60,000 nucleotides of DNA from Lytechinus pictus (taxonomy: Eukaryota). A program made the position numbers and the translations under genes. Below, piece by piece: positions 24,650 to 37,656 of this stretch (its first letter is position 1; each line of letters opens with the position of its first letter). The notes under the pieces were generated by a model. It was not told where the DNA came from. It saw nothing but the letters and a program-made list of their open reading frames with translations, and did not search any database. The stretch spans positions 23,376,001 through 23,436,000 of the forward strand of contig NC_087252.1 of the NCBI RefSeq assembly GCF_037042905.1. The letters are read 5' to 3'.

Positions 24650-24995
24650 TTGAATTTATTTCCGTTAAAAACAGATAACAATACATATAAAATTATACAT
24701 ATGAATTGGTAAAAAGAAAACGGGAGGATGGCCCTACTCAGCAGCATCAATCATGGTGCTGCTGGTCTACCGAGGGGTCCTCATATAGCATGAAAGAAAA
24801 TTACACAAATTAATATAAATTATACACAATATAAAAATAACATACCAAAACAATAAGAAATAAAACTTATCGGTCATAACATCTAGCCCCCCACCCCCTA
24901 CGTTAACACACCCTACATTTCAATGCATATGAATTAAGCAACAGAGAATAATGTACAGTCAGACCCAATTTAAGATGTGGTTATTAACTACGTTA
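24650..24995 (-). mobile_element. Probable LINE 3'UTR fragment specific to unit A
   Basis: Absent in copy B; minus-strand AATAAA near the end and a stem-loop (cagcagcatc...gtgctgctg). Confidence 0.5.
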
Positions 24996-26524
24996 ACGAA
25001 ACCGACTCCAGACCGATCAAATCTAGTACGTTATTTCCAATGATTGGTCTTCGGTCGGACTGTAGTCGGTTTCATTGGTGTGACTGTATCATAAGATGTT
25101 CAACGTATTCCGCATTTTAGTGCCAATTTGTAATTTGCCGATAACTCATACCTCGTTTCCAATGTCGTGCAATCCTTTATACCTCGTTCCGATCGTCTGG
25201 AGATCCGTTACGATTGGCCTTTCGTAGCTGATCGCGAAAGATTTTTTTGAGCGGTCCAAAAATTTTCTACTATCAAAACGGTAGCCACGAGTGACTTCAA
25301 GATCTGATACGATCTGACACGATCACTACGATTTACTCCACGATTTAGCTCACCAATACAAACGCCACAATCGGCCTTTCGTAACTCATCATGAAGTTTT
25401 TTTAACCAAAAGAGATTCCACGATCAATACGATTACCACAACTGATCTGATATGATCTGATACGATTACTAAGATTTCTCCACGATTATGATCACGGTTT
25501 CAATCGTGACAGTGTGAAGTATTTTCAAATAAAGGTATTCTTTAATAAATTGTTTTGACATCTAAGTTTTATACATATTAACTAGTGTGCAAAGGCATAT
25601 ATTTCATTGTTGCATTATGTTAGTCACCGCATCCGTTTGAAAAGAAACCTATAAATCAGGTGAAATCATGTGTCAGACATTCGTATCAATATGTGACGTC
25701 ATTACGATTTTGATGATAAGTTTTCTTTTACACAAAATTTGATAGATTTATGTTCCATTCTATTGTTATCTAGGTCCATTATCATTGGGATGCTTATCTT
25801 ATATGAAACACACATGGATGTTCTTTTAATATCGAATCATTATCCAATGTTAAAGATCAGAGTGTATGGTATTATATGTACACCATAATAGACCTTTCGA
25901 TCGTAGTTTAAAATTTAAATTATCCAATGACCTCATTCATAACCATGTCAACATTATTATGACTGATAATGATATGTTAATCATCATGACCATTAATCAT
26001 GCGGCTTTAATATCGGGTATCAATATTCCAACATTATGTCTGAAGGGAATCGACTATGCATTAAGGCGAATCTGAATATTGAAAAGACTTAATTTTAAAG
26101 AATTAAAAAGAATTATTACTTAAAAATATATCATTATTAATATTATGTTTATTATTAGTAGTATTGTTATTATTATCATTATTATTATTATCATATTATC
26201 ACAATATATCACGCTCTACAAGCAATGATTTTTAGTGGATCCCCTCATTTCCATATCAGACTTTGTTAAAACTATTTTACAAATGTATTGGAACTCGTAA
26301 TTGATTTGTAATCAATATTATCATATTTCATTTGTATTTGTTTATATTCATGTATTTTTTATTTGTATTTGCTTATAATGTTGTTAATGGAAATGGAAAA
26401 TAAACTTGAACTTGAACAATCATTGTTTTCATTTTCCTCTTCCTCGCAATCATCATCATCGTCGTCGTGGTCATCATTATCACAATCATCATCATCGTTC
26501 TCGTCATTATCATCATCATAACAG

Positions 26525-26753
26525 AATCCAGACCGTACTGACATTGTCGCTTCTCACGAATGTCCAGATGATAACTATTCTTCATGTAAGACAAGGACAT
26601 CGAATAGACAGGTCTCCCTAGACCTTGACTTCGAGAACCAGACAGCGAATCTCATCATCACAAATGTCCAGAGTACGAACAGCGGGGTGTATTTCTGTTT
26701 GGTAGTGACCGTCAATGGTATCATCCAAACCTCTGTCAAGCTCACTGTTAGTG
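26525..26753 (+). CDS. Ig gene A exon 3: C-terminal half of V-set domain (NPDRTDIVASHECPDDNYSSCKTRTSNRQVSLDLDFENQTANLIITNVQSTNSGVYFCLVVTVNGIIQTSVKLTVS)
   Basis: CAG/GTAAGT, phase 0 to 1, 229 nt open; ANLIITNVQxxxSGVYFC and KLTV motifs. Confidence 0.93.
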
Positions 26754-26845
26754 GTAAGTGATGAAAACCTTTTTATCAAACCTAAAACCAGTATCATAAA
26801 GTCTTGTTATCAAACTAGGAGTTAATTTTAACGGAGAAAGTTAAG

Positions 26846-27062
26846 CAGGGGGTGTTTCACAAAGATTTAAGTATTACTTAGAGTCGCATTTAAATACCGA
26901 ATTGCGTACTCTATGAAAGGCTTGACCGCATTGGTCAGATCGTGTCATGAGGACGCGCACTAATACGTATCTATCAAAAAGAACGCGCGTTGCATATCAT
27001 GCACGAGTCGGCATTTAAGTGCGATTTAAGTCATACTTAAATCTTTGTGAAACATCCCCCTG
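26846..27062. mobile_element. Palindromic MITE (PIF/Harbinger-like); paralog at 55035-55251
   Basis: CAGGGGGTGTTTCACAAAGATTTAAGTA...TACTTAAATCTTTGTGAAACATCCCCCTG. Confidence 0.8.
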
Positions 27063-28244
27063 GTTGTGTTCTATTTTGTCTATTTCTTCATCTTCTAGCT
27101 CCGGTTACGGGTTGATGCTAAAAAGAGACCAAAAGGTGTGGGAGGCACTGAAGAACTCAGCATGGACACACCAATGGAGATGTTGGGAAATCCCCCTTTC
27201 CACCCCCCCCCCCCCAAAAAAAAAAAAAATAACAAATATATACAAAATAATAATAGATAAACTATATAAAGAATACAAAAATCCTTCACCGGCAAAAATA
27301 ATAATTCTTATTTTCGTATTCTTACTTCCCTCCTCCAAAAAAACCACAACAAGTTTTCTTGAAGCGGACTACTGAACGTTACATAAATTAATGTAGCTTT
27401 CAGCTATCTTCTTCTCGGCCAAATTAGGCTCGTATGATCACTCGAGACAAAATTAATGTGATCACCCCATTTCGTTTGTCCGGGGACGTCGGAGGGGGGG
27501 GGGGCAAGACGGACACTGCCACAGTGCTCATATATCAACTTTCAAAATACACCTTAAACAAATAATCAACCTTTGATGACAGAATGTTCTCAGACTTCCC
27601 TAGAATTATTTTGTAATTCAATTCAATTCAATTCAATTCTTTTATTTCATTTCCATTCAAAACATATTGAATGGAATGTTTATCTCCACCCCAAATAATG
27701 GGCAATCCAGCCATTCATTACGTATTAATGTTGTATTTAATGTTGTAAATTTTAACTGAATTAACTTTTTTTTTTTTTTTTTTTTTTTTTGGGGGGGGGG
27801 TTATTTTGCATGTTTTTTATGAAATAGAATTAATGCAATTCAATACGAAAAATTACAATAATGCTCCAAATATTCTGTGGTCATGGTACGATTATATGTA
27901 CTATTGTTTTTTTTGGGGGGAGGGGTGGCAATTTTGTTACCATTTTAGTAACTCTACTGTACGCACGTACATTGCCCGAGCTTGAAAAAAACCCTTTTAA
28001 GGATGTTTTTTGTGTGGGTGTCAGGGGTGCTTGCGTGTGTGGGTGGGATGGGTGTGAGGGGATGTGGGAGGATGTGGGTGTGGATGTGTGGGTGTGTGTG
28101 CGTACTCGTGTAATTATGGCAGTGTCCCTGGATCGTTTCAAGCAAAAATCCATTGTCGTTTCGAAATTCTTAAGGAAACTGTCTCCAAGTTTCCTTCATA
28201 ATCAATTTTGTGATTATTTTTTTTCTCTTTTTCATTTTGCACAG

Positions 28245-28576
28245 GGTCTGATACATCCGTTCGCATTACGTCATCCGGCGGTCATCCACCCGACGAGCCA
28301 AGCAAAGTAATCGTCACGGCCAATACCACGGAAACACTCAAGTGTTTTGCTTATGTGAATAAGGGCTACCCTGGCACACTCCTCTGGAAAGCCCAAGATC
28401 TCATTTTGCAGAAGGGAACTCAGGGCAAATTCAGTATCAGTGATGACGGAGATTATGTGACGTCATCAGTGACGTTTCATCCAACACATGCTGATAATGG
28501 TAAATGGGTAGAATGTGGAATCAGGGAAAGCGAAAAATCACCGAGACGAGTCAAGTTGATGGTTAAAGAAAACTAG
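28245..28576 (+). CDS. Ig gene A exon 4 (terminal): C-type (C2/CD80-like) Ig domain ending VKLMVKEN*
   Basis: Long pyrimidine tract plus CAG; TLKC...GYP..LLW...VTSSVTFHPTHADNGKWVEC pattern; donor reads AG|AAAACTAG instead of AG|GTAACTAG; AATAAA at ~28750 and ~28795. Confidence 0.9.
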
Positions 28577-29108
28577 AATTTTCAATTCAGTTAATGGTGC
28601 ATATATGTATTTCGCATGAAAATCAATGTATTATCCAGAGTTAAATGTTGAAATTAGCATGTTTACAATACAGGCCATTCATAGGCAAAGCTAACAAAAT
28701 ATATAGGTAGACCGACATAAAATGGTTCATGACATACATGAAATTGATAAATAAATACACGTCTGAAAGTAATTGTAAACAACGCAATCAATAGAATAAA
28801 TTTGAATAAATAGGCCTATACAGAATTGCATGAATGGATATAATTTCGAATCTATTGCTCACTTTTCTTGAAAAAGACAAATCACAGTGAACCTTCAGTT
28901 GTGTGAAAGTCCTTCTGTAGCATTTGAAGAACACAGATCGCCTGCAGGATCTCACTAAGAATGAAAGTGGACATTTATTACTAAGGCGTGGCCTAAATGA
29001 CGCTATCATATAGAAGAAGGATTTCTGGGAATTCTGTTGCTGAATTGTTAATGATTCGAAAGTAATAGATCAAGTGGCGTCCAAAGAACAGAGACTGGTA
29101 CTCTGATT

Positions 29109-29862
29109 TGATTTGATTTGATTTATTGTTTTCTTCTGCATCCATAACATTCGTATAATACATTTTTCATAACATAATAAACATAATATGCTAGCATTTT
29201 TGGCATGAATCATAAATAAAGAGTATTAAAAAGATAATTTCAGACAAAAATGATTAACTATATGATATTCACAATTTGCAGGAGAAGGATTGTCATCATA
29301 AGCATATTGCTTGAAAAAAATGACAATCCCAAACTTATACTAATTGAATTAATTAATACATTTATAAAGCAGAATGGGCATACATTTTCAAATACGAAAC
29401 ATGAATTCATGCAATATTATAGTATGAAGATGAAGATGATAAAGCTGAGGGTGATGGTGATATGATGATGTTGATGATGATGATGATGATGATGAAGGCC
29501 ATGGAGATGATGGTGGTCATGATGAAGATATTGGGAATGACTAAATCGAAGGAGGAATAAATTCACGATAAAAAGGATACGACACAGAAATTTTATTTCA
29601 AATATTCTGATAATAACATAGATTTAACGTTTGCCTTAAATGAGTGAAGAGACGAAGATTGTTTTACAGGCTCTGGTAGAGAGTTCCACAAATCTGGACC
29701 ATGGTGTCTTATGGATCTCTGCGCAATAAGCAATTTAGGGTTGATTAAATGGAAATTAGAAGAGTTACGGGTAGGGTAAGAATGAATAGATGTATTCAGA
29801 GTATAAAAATTGTGGAATGAAGGTGGGAGCATGTTATTTACGTACTTAAACATAAGTAGTAA
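29109..29862 (-). mobile_element. 5'-truncated CR1/L2-group LINE (ORF2 C-terminus at 29593-29853 plus 3'UTR)
   Basis: HSYPTR...GPDLWNSLP...SLHSFK motif typical of CR1/L2-group ORF2 ends; (TCAAA)n tail; TSD ACTCTGATT at 29100 and 29863; empty site in copy B at ~57215. Confidence 0.88.
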
Positions 29863-30993
29863 ACTCTGATTGTATTTAGCATGTCGGGAATTTCCGGAAA
29901 GTCTTCAATTGTTAGAAATATTAATGGTACTACTAGAGAAAATTATGTTGTTGCTGCTTTCTTGCTTAAATTATTTCCGTTTCATTTTTTTCTTAAACAG
30001 TCAACAAAATTCATGAAATGAAATGATAATAAACAATTGAAGTATAAAAAAAAACAATCATGTAGCTCAACATTACAGATTTTAAACTTAGATGGATCAT
30101 GAAATATTTGTAGCTGAAAATAGCTTGTCGAAGATGGAAAGGTCCACTGTGAAGCTTTGCTTGTAAATCGTGGACCCCCGAATGAAAGTATTCAAGAATA
30201 GTCAAGTACATAATTAAAAAAATGAAGTATTGAATAATAGTTAATTACATAATTAAAGTAATGAGGCAATTATAACTGGGTCAGCTCTATCCTCATGTGA
30301 CAATTCTTATCCATCTTTGTCCCATCATATCGTTTATTGTTGCTGGAAAGACCACAGTGTGGCATACATTACAACAAAGTGTGTTCACATAGGAGACTAT
30401 GTGTGAACCACAATGTGAAAATGCCTAAAATTAAACAGTTCACGCTGTGGACATCTCCATTGTGTGGGTGATTACAGTGTGTTAACATAGTAGACTATAT
30501 GTGATTTACAGTGTTAAAATGCTTAAAATTCACCAATCTGGAGATAAATTCACACTGTGGACGTATCGAATGTGTGGGTGTTCACATTGTGCACTATACC
30601 AGTATGTGATTCACAATGTTAAAATTCTTAGAATTCAACAATCTGGAGACAAGTTCACACTGTGGACATCTCGACTGTGTTGGTGGTCACAGTGTTTTCA
30701 CGTAGTGAACTATATGTGATTCACAATGTTAAAATGCTTAGAATTCAACAATCTGGAGACAAGTTCACACTGTGGACATCTCGACTGTTTTGGTGGTGAC
30801 AGTGTTTTCACGTTGTGAACTATATGTGATTCACAATGTTAAAATGCTTAGAATTCAACAATCTGGAGATAAGTTCACACTGTGGACATCTCGACTGTTT
30901 TGGTAGTGACAGTGTTTTCACGTAGTGAACTATATGTGATTCACAATGTTAAAATGCTTAGAATTCAACAATCTGGAGATAAGTTCACACTGT

Positions 30994-32833
30994 TGTCACA
31001 TTGAAAATGCAGTTATTTTATTGTATTTATTTTCCTCAGCAAAGCTTGCTTATTTTATCTAGGTTTCACTCCTCAGCTAGGTTGCTAAGAGACAAGGAGT
31101 AGATCTTATGCAAGAGTGAGTAGGAGATGAGAGAAGTATGTGTGAGGTTATTTTTGCTAGAATTGAATTGAGATAATTTGCATATCTATTGTGTGTTGTG
31201 CCCAGGGTGGTAGACTTGTATAGGTCCCTTTTAGTGAGCTCAGTGAGCCTTTTCTTTTTAAAAGCTGCTTAAGATACTTTTGGGGGAATTGTAAAATTGG
31301 GAGGAGACCCCGGTAGCTTTCCACTAGTTTTCTGGCATTGCATCTTGGAGACTTTGTGTAACACACACCTATGCAATTTTGGGGCAGTTGCCATTTTAGC
31401 TGCCATCTTGATAATTTTTGAATTTCAACTTTAATCAGAAAAGCAGCCTTTCTTGTTTGATATTGGCTGGAACTTTTAGATACCTGTATGAGGTCAGATT
31501 TAGCTAAATTTATGCTGTTATTTTTATGCCTGTATTGAAGAAGCCATCGGTAAGTTAATCTGTGATTTCTTCTTAATTCTTTTATAAAAACAAAACAAAA
31601 ACAAAAAGATTGAAAGACGTCAGAGATGATTTGAAATGTAGATGTTAATCTTTATAAACTTTATGAAATAGTTAAACACTTGTGAGGAAGAATTTAAGTA
31701 TCATAAAAGGATGTCATTCTACAAGTTTATGTGACAGTGAATTCATACTTTATATTCTTGAATGTGATTTGACCCTCAGAGTAAATGTTCAAACAAGTTT
31801 TTATTCATTATAGTACGACATGAAAATAACCTCAAGTTGATGTTACTGTTAGGATATATCGTAGAGAGTTTCTTGGTTTTGTCTTTAATTTTAGATGGTT
31901 CTAAGATCGGGATATATTCCAAGACCGGATAATTTCCAGGATTGGGACGATTCCCAAGACCGGGTCGCTTTGAAGACTGGTGAATTGTTTTAAGCTGAAC
32001 ATTATAAAGTGCTGACTCTGAAGGTTTTCGGTCAACATGTCACCTGACAGATAAGTTGTATATAGCAGTGAGAGAGAAAGCAGGAGACGTTTCGTTAAAT
32101 TTGAAACTAGCTTTCTAAATACCAGGAAGTCTTGCAAATTGACATTTCAGAAAATAGACATTGATTATGAAGATGACCGAACATGAACAGTTTGATAGTG
32201 AGAAGAGTTTATTCGAGTTTGAATCCGTGTAAGATATGATGTCGATTAACAGAGTTTTGAGCTAGAATTTAGGTGCATAATTTTTTTAAGCTCAAGTTCA
32301 GGAGTTAGAAGGATTTTGAAATGTAATCACAAAAATGTTGTGATAAGAGATACAAAGTGTGAGAATGGAATTCTATGAAGGTGGATTAATGCAGGATCCT
32401 TTCATAGGAATTTTTGGTAGTCGTTATTGTGAAAACAAAATGAAACAAAGTTAAAGGTTTAATTGATATTTTTGGAGATAATTTTGCAGGTGAAAATATA
32501 ATACAATGAACGTTGAAGTTGGTGATTAGATCAGTGCAGGATCTCTTCAGTTATATTGGAGTTAGAGACAGATCGAGAGTTGAATGTTATAGCTTGGATC
32601 AATGCAGGATCCTCTGATTGTAAACTTGTGAATTAGAGTACTTTTCAGAATACTTTATCATTTAGAGGTGTTACACTTTTATTTCCCTTTTAAACTTCAT
32701 ACGTTGGACAATATTGAACTTCGAAGAGAGATGTTTTGATATTGGAGTTTTGTATACTGAAATAAATTGTAAATTGTGATTTGGTATACATTGAGTTTTA
32801 CTTGAATTTTATTTGGAGTCCGCCCATGTGACA
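30994..32833 (+). mobile_element. Solo LTR, 1840 bp (Gypsy- or BEL-type)
   Basis: TGTCACA...TGTGACA termini, 5-bp TSD ACTGT, AATAAA at 32761, no internal coding region. Confidence 0.88.
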
Positions 32834-33041
32834 ACTGTGGACATCTCGACTGTTTTGGTGGTGACAGTGTTTTCACGTAGTGAACTATATATATAATCAC
32901 AATGTTAAAATGCTTAGAATTCAACAATCTGGAGACAAGTTCACACTGTGGACATCTCGACTGTTTTGGTGGTGACAGTGTTTTCACGTAGTGATCTATA
33001 TGTGATTCACAATGTTAAAATGCTTAGAATTCAACAATCTG

Positions 33042-36000
33042 CCCAGGTAACAATACAGCGTTGGACAAACGTTGGATCAACGTTGGGAATTTTTTTCCCA
33101 ACGTTGCCTCAACGTTGGCAGGCAAACGTTGCATCATCGATAGAAGTGCACGCGCATACATCGTCAGACCAACAACATTTCCAACGTCAGTTCAACGTTG
33201 TCCAGCAACAATGTTCCAAAGTTGTCTGGCAACGTTGATCCAATGTTGGCTAAATAGTCAAATACAACATTGCTACAACGTTTGGTAAGCAACGTTGCAT
33301 CATCAATAGAAGTGCACGTCCATACATCGTCAGACCAACAACATTTCCAACGTCAGTTCAACGTTGTCCACCATCAATGCTCCAACGTTGGTATAATGTC
33401 AGCCGAGTCATCAATAACAGCGTTGCTGCAACGTTGATGGCCAACGTTGAAGCAGCGATGGATGTGCACGTGCATACATCGTCAGTCCAACTATGTTTAC
33501 AACGTTGGTTCAACGCTGTCCAGCAACAATGCTCCAACATTGTCCGGCAACATTGTTACAGCGTTGTCAAAACGTTGCTCCAACGTTATTCCAACGTATG
33601 GCAGTAATTAACAAAACATTAATTGGTTTCAAGGTGAAGTCCACCATTACAACTCTATACTCTGATCTTTATCATGTCTTATCCTATCCTAAAATCCTAC
33701 ATCCTAATCCTATTCCTGTCATCCTACACCTATCCACTGAATGCTGTCATTGACTCCTATATATAGAGCAACTTTCCTATACTTGGCAGAATACAGTTAA
33801 TATCATTTTCCACACTTAACCTTGAAAATTTCACTTAGAATAATATGTTTTGATTATAAATGATATGGTAATGGAGCCACATACTTTTCTGAAACTTTTC
33901 ATGTTGGAAATATTGAATAAACATAAATACTCTAATTATTATAGCAATATTACTAGTACCTAAAATTTTGGTCATTTACTGATGTAATGAATATTCATGA
34001 GTGCATAATCATTATGTCCAGATGAGGCACGTATGGCAGCGTTGGTCCAATGTTGGTCCAACGTTGGGTGACGTTGATCCAACGTTGGTCTAATGTTGGT
34101 CCAATGTTGATGGAAAGTTGATTCAACTTTGGTCCAATGTTGATGGAAAGTTGATTTAACTTTAGTCCAATGTTAGTCCAACGTTGCCGTAAACGTTGAT
34201 TCAATGTTTGTCTAATATCGGTTAAATGTTGTTGTAACATTGATTCTTTGTTGGTCTAATTTTAAACAAATCCAATGATGTGCCATCTCCATCAAACAGT
34301 TTTCAACACTGTGCCATCATCATCTGTAACCTGTTCATGATTCTGTCAAAAAACATTACAACTATTATTGCAGCTATTCATTTCTTTTCATTCTTTCTGT
34401 TACAAGTCTCTTCACATAATTAAGAGGAATCAAGAGAATTACGTGTGATATTTATTTAGGCCTTTGTAGCATTCAAACTTTTTTGACATCCTCTTTTTCT
34501 CAAACAAGACTAATACCAAAAAAACATATGCATATGTAATGCGAATTAAGATGTATTACATTTTCTTGCGAGTTGCAATCTCTGTTTCTGTCTACAATTG
34601 TTTGATGACTCAGTATGCAATGAAAATTGCAACGTCAGTAATCATCACAAAAACTCACGTGTGTAATTGCAGTCTCTCAGTATTAACAAAATCTAAAAAG
34701 GAGGTCACATAACTTGGCCTCACTCAGAGTAACATAGCTACGTACTGCCTACTGTAACTAAAGAGCGCCTCTTTCTGGTTAAGATAGAAGTCAACTGATA
34801 TCTCAATATGCATGGCCATGGCCTAGTCTCGCTCGTGCCATAACTCTTAAATGATATTTCAGCGTCAAGTGTAAGCATGCCCCCGGGTGGGGGGGGGGGG
34901 TGGGGCACTCAACAAAAAAGTGGTAGGGGTGTGCCGCGGGCGAGACAAAAAACGGGAGCCTTGGAGCGGGCTTATTGTAAAAAGGAGGGTCCTCGGAACA
35001 GGCTTCGGAACGACAAATGTTTGTAAAAACGGGGGTCCTTGGAACGGATCGCCAGCGTGTGAGTTTGTATGCATCCCTATGGAACGGGCATGCGTGCATG
35101 ATGCAGCTAGCCCGGCGGCACGGCCGCCAAGTGCGCTCGCGCAGAGGCGATGGTCGGACAGCGCTCTCGGCCGCTTTTCACCAAAATTTCAGCTTATTGT
35201 AGCCGAAACGGCGTAACGAAGAATATGCGAAACATTGGAGCGTATTTCTTTCTTCCTTTTTTCTCGATAAGAAGAAAATGCTATGCCTTTGAGCGGCTTT
35301 CTTTGTTCTTTTTCTCAATAAGACAAATATGCTATGCCTTGGAACGGAAATTTGAGTGTAAAAATGGGGGTCCCCTCCGCGGCACATACCCACTATGCAT
35401 TATATACTGAGTGCCCCCAATGACTGTTGCCTTGCCCTTGGTATCGCATACTCGTTCCCACTCACACGTATTGTGAGGTTAGTATTCACTCACACAACTT
35501 ATGCTGCAGTGCAGTGACTGGTGTTAAGTACTTACACGAAAATACTAGCGTTGGACTGTACGCGCACAGAAGTTGACTCTGGGATCTTTCGGAGCTAGTA
35601 GGGGATCAACGGTTGCAGTTACCGATTATCTGCAGATTCCACTGTAGACTGTAGGTCCTAAATATGCAGCTTATAAGTAATTTAATTGTCTATATCCAGA
35701 TCAAATTCTGCCAGATTCTTCAAGTTCAAAATTGAAGGGAGCAGACTACACAGAAGAAGGAGTCCGACGTCGCGACTAATTCTGCGCATCAGAATAGTAT
35801 GGTATTTTTGAATAGGCACATTTGATGCTTGTATTTCCTTCTTCAATTTCTTCTAGTTATGAACTTATGTGGCGGTAGGCCTATATATATCTCGTACTTA
35901 CTGTGAGAGGCCTAGCCAGCTGCAAAGGACGAGGGCGTTTCTGGAAATTCTGGTCTTGAACTACATTTGTTTTCTTGTTTTTCTCTTTTATTTTCTATAT

Positions 36001-37656
36001 TAATCGACACATTTGCATCCCCTGGTGCATGCATGCAGCCTTCGATCGATCTATTCTACCCCATCTTTATTTTTGTTTTCCCCTTAGTTTTAGTTCCTCT
36101 TTCCCTTCCCATTATTTTCCTTCTCTCTCGATTTCTTTTCCCCTTATTGCTGGGGGATACCAAGGGTGACATGGATAGACAAGCAAACTTATTTGATCGA
36201 CCCCCCCCCCGGCCCTGCGAGTAGTCGTCTGTATATCAATTCTCCAATGAACCAGTTTCTAACGTTCTCAACACTCTGTATATTATGCCGGGATATTATG
36301 TTGATTGTCAAACAAATATCCAACAAACTATAGTTTCCAACATTGTGTCAATGTTAACTGTCAACAACTCTCCAATAAACTATTCCAATTACGCTGTCCA
36401 AGACGTTGTGCCATCGTCCGTTGTTCAACAACTCTCCATCAAACTAGTTTCCAACTTTGTCAACGTTGTGCCATTGTCGACTGTCCAACAAATCTCCAAG
36501 AAAATAGTTTCCAACGTTGTTCCGTTGTCGGTTGTTCAGCAACTTTCCATCGAACTAGTTTCCGACGTAGTCAACGCTGTGCCTTTGTTGGCTGCATGTT
36601 CAACAACTATCCAATCAAACACGTTTCCAACGTTGTGACGTTGTTGGCTGTCCAACAAATCTCCAACACACTGGTTTCAAATTTTGTGCCATTGTCTGTT
36701 GTTCAACAACTTTCCAACGTTGCCAACGTTGTGTCATCGTCGACTATCCTACTGATCTCCAACCTACCAGTTTCCAACGTTGTGCCAGTGTCAGTTGTTC
36801 AACAACTTTCCATCTAATTAGTTTCCAGCTTTATCAACGTTGTGTCATTGTCTACTATCTAACTAATATACAATCTACCAGTTTCCAACGTTGTGACGTT
36901 GTCGACCGTCCAACGAATCTCCAACAAAACTGGTTTCCAACTTTGTCAACGTTGTCTCATAGTCGGTTGATCAACAACTTTCCATCGAACTGGTTTCCAA
37001 CGTTGCCAACATTGTGTAATTGTTGGCTGTTCAGCAACTATCCAATTAAACATGTTTCCATCGTTGTGCCATTGTCGACTGTCCAACAACTCTCCAACTA
37101 ACAATTTTCCAACGTTGCCAACGTCGTGTCATTGTTGATTGTTCAACAACTTTCCTGCGAACTGGTTTACAACGTTGCCAACGTTGTGCCTTTGCTGGCT
37201 GTTCAACAACTATCCAACCAAACGTGTCTCCATCGTTGTGACATTGTCGATTGCCCAACAACTCACCAATTTACTAGTTTCCCACGTTCTGCCATTGTCG
37301 ACCGTCCAACAAATCTCTAACAAACTAGTTTCCAACTTTGTCAACGTTGTGCCATTGTCGGTTGTTCAACAACTTTCCAGCGAACTAGTTTCCAACGTTG
37401 ACAACGTTGTGCCTTTGCTGGCTGTTCAACAACTATCCAACCAAACGTGTTTCAAACGTTGTGACATTGTCGACTGTCCAACAACTCTCCAACTAACAGG
37501 TTTCCAACGTTGCCAACGTCGTGTCATTGTTGATTGTCCATCATCTTTCCATCAAACTAGTTTCCAACGTCGATTCAACGTTAATCCATCAAGTTTTCCC
37601 AACTCCAACGACTTTCAAGTTTCCAACGTTGTGCCAACGTTGGTTTGTTACCTGGG
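33042..37656. mobile_element. Second copy of the CAACGTTG CCC...GGG element
   Basis: Same TIRs; 2-bp TSD TG inside satellite unit aacaatcTGgagataag. Confidence 0.9.
34880..35418. mobile_element. CCCGGG-poly-G-GGCACTCA TIR element nested in the CAACGTTG element
   Basis: GGGGCACTCA...TGAGTGCCCCC; occupies the place of 20210-21537 of the other copy. Confidence 0.75.

Noticed and set aside
30600..30990. Regular repeats resembling a CRISPR array (also 43900-44950)
   Set aside because: Whole units repeat with no unique spacers, there are no cas genes, and the context is eukaryotic; these are 110-bp and 131-bp satellites
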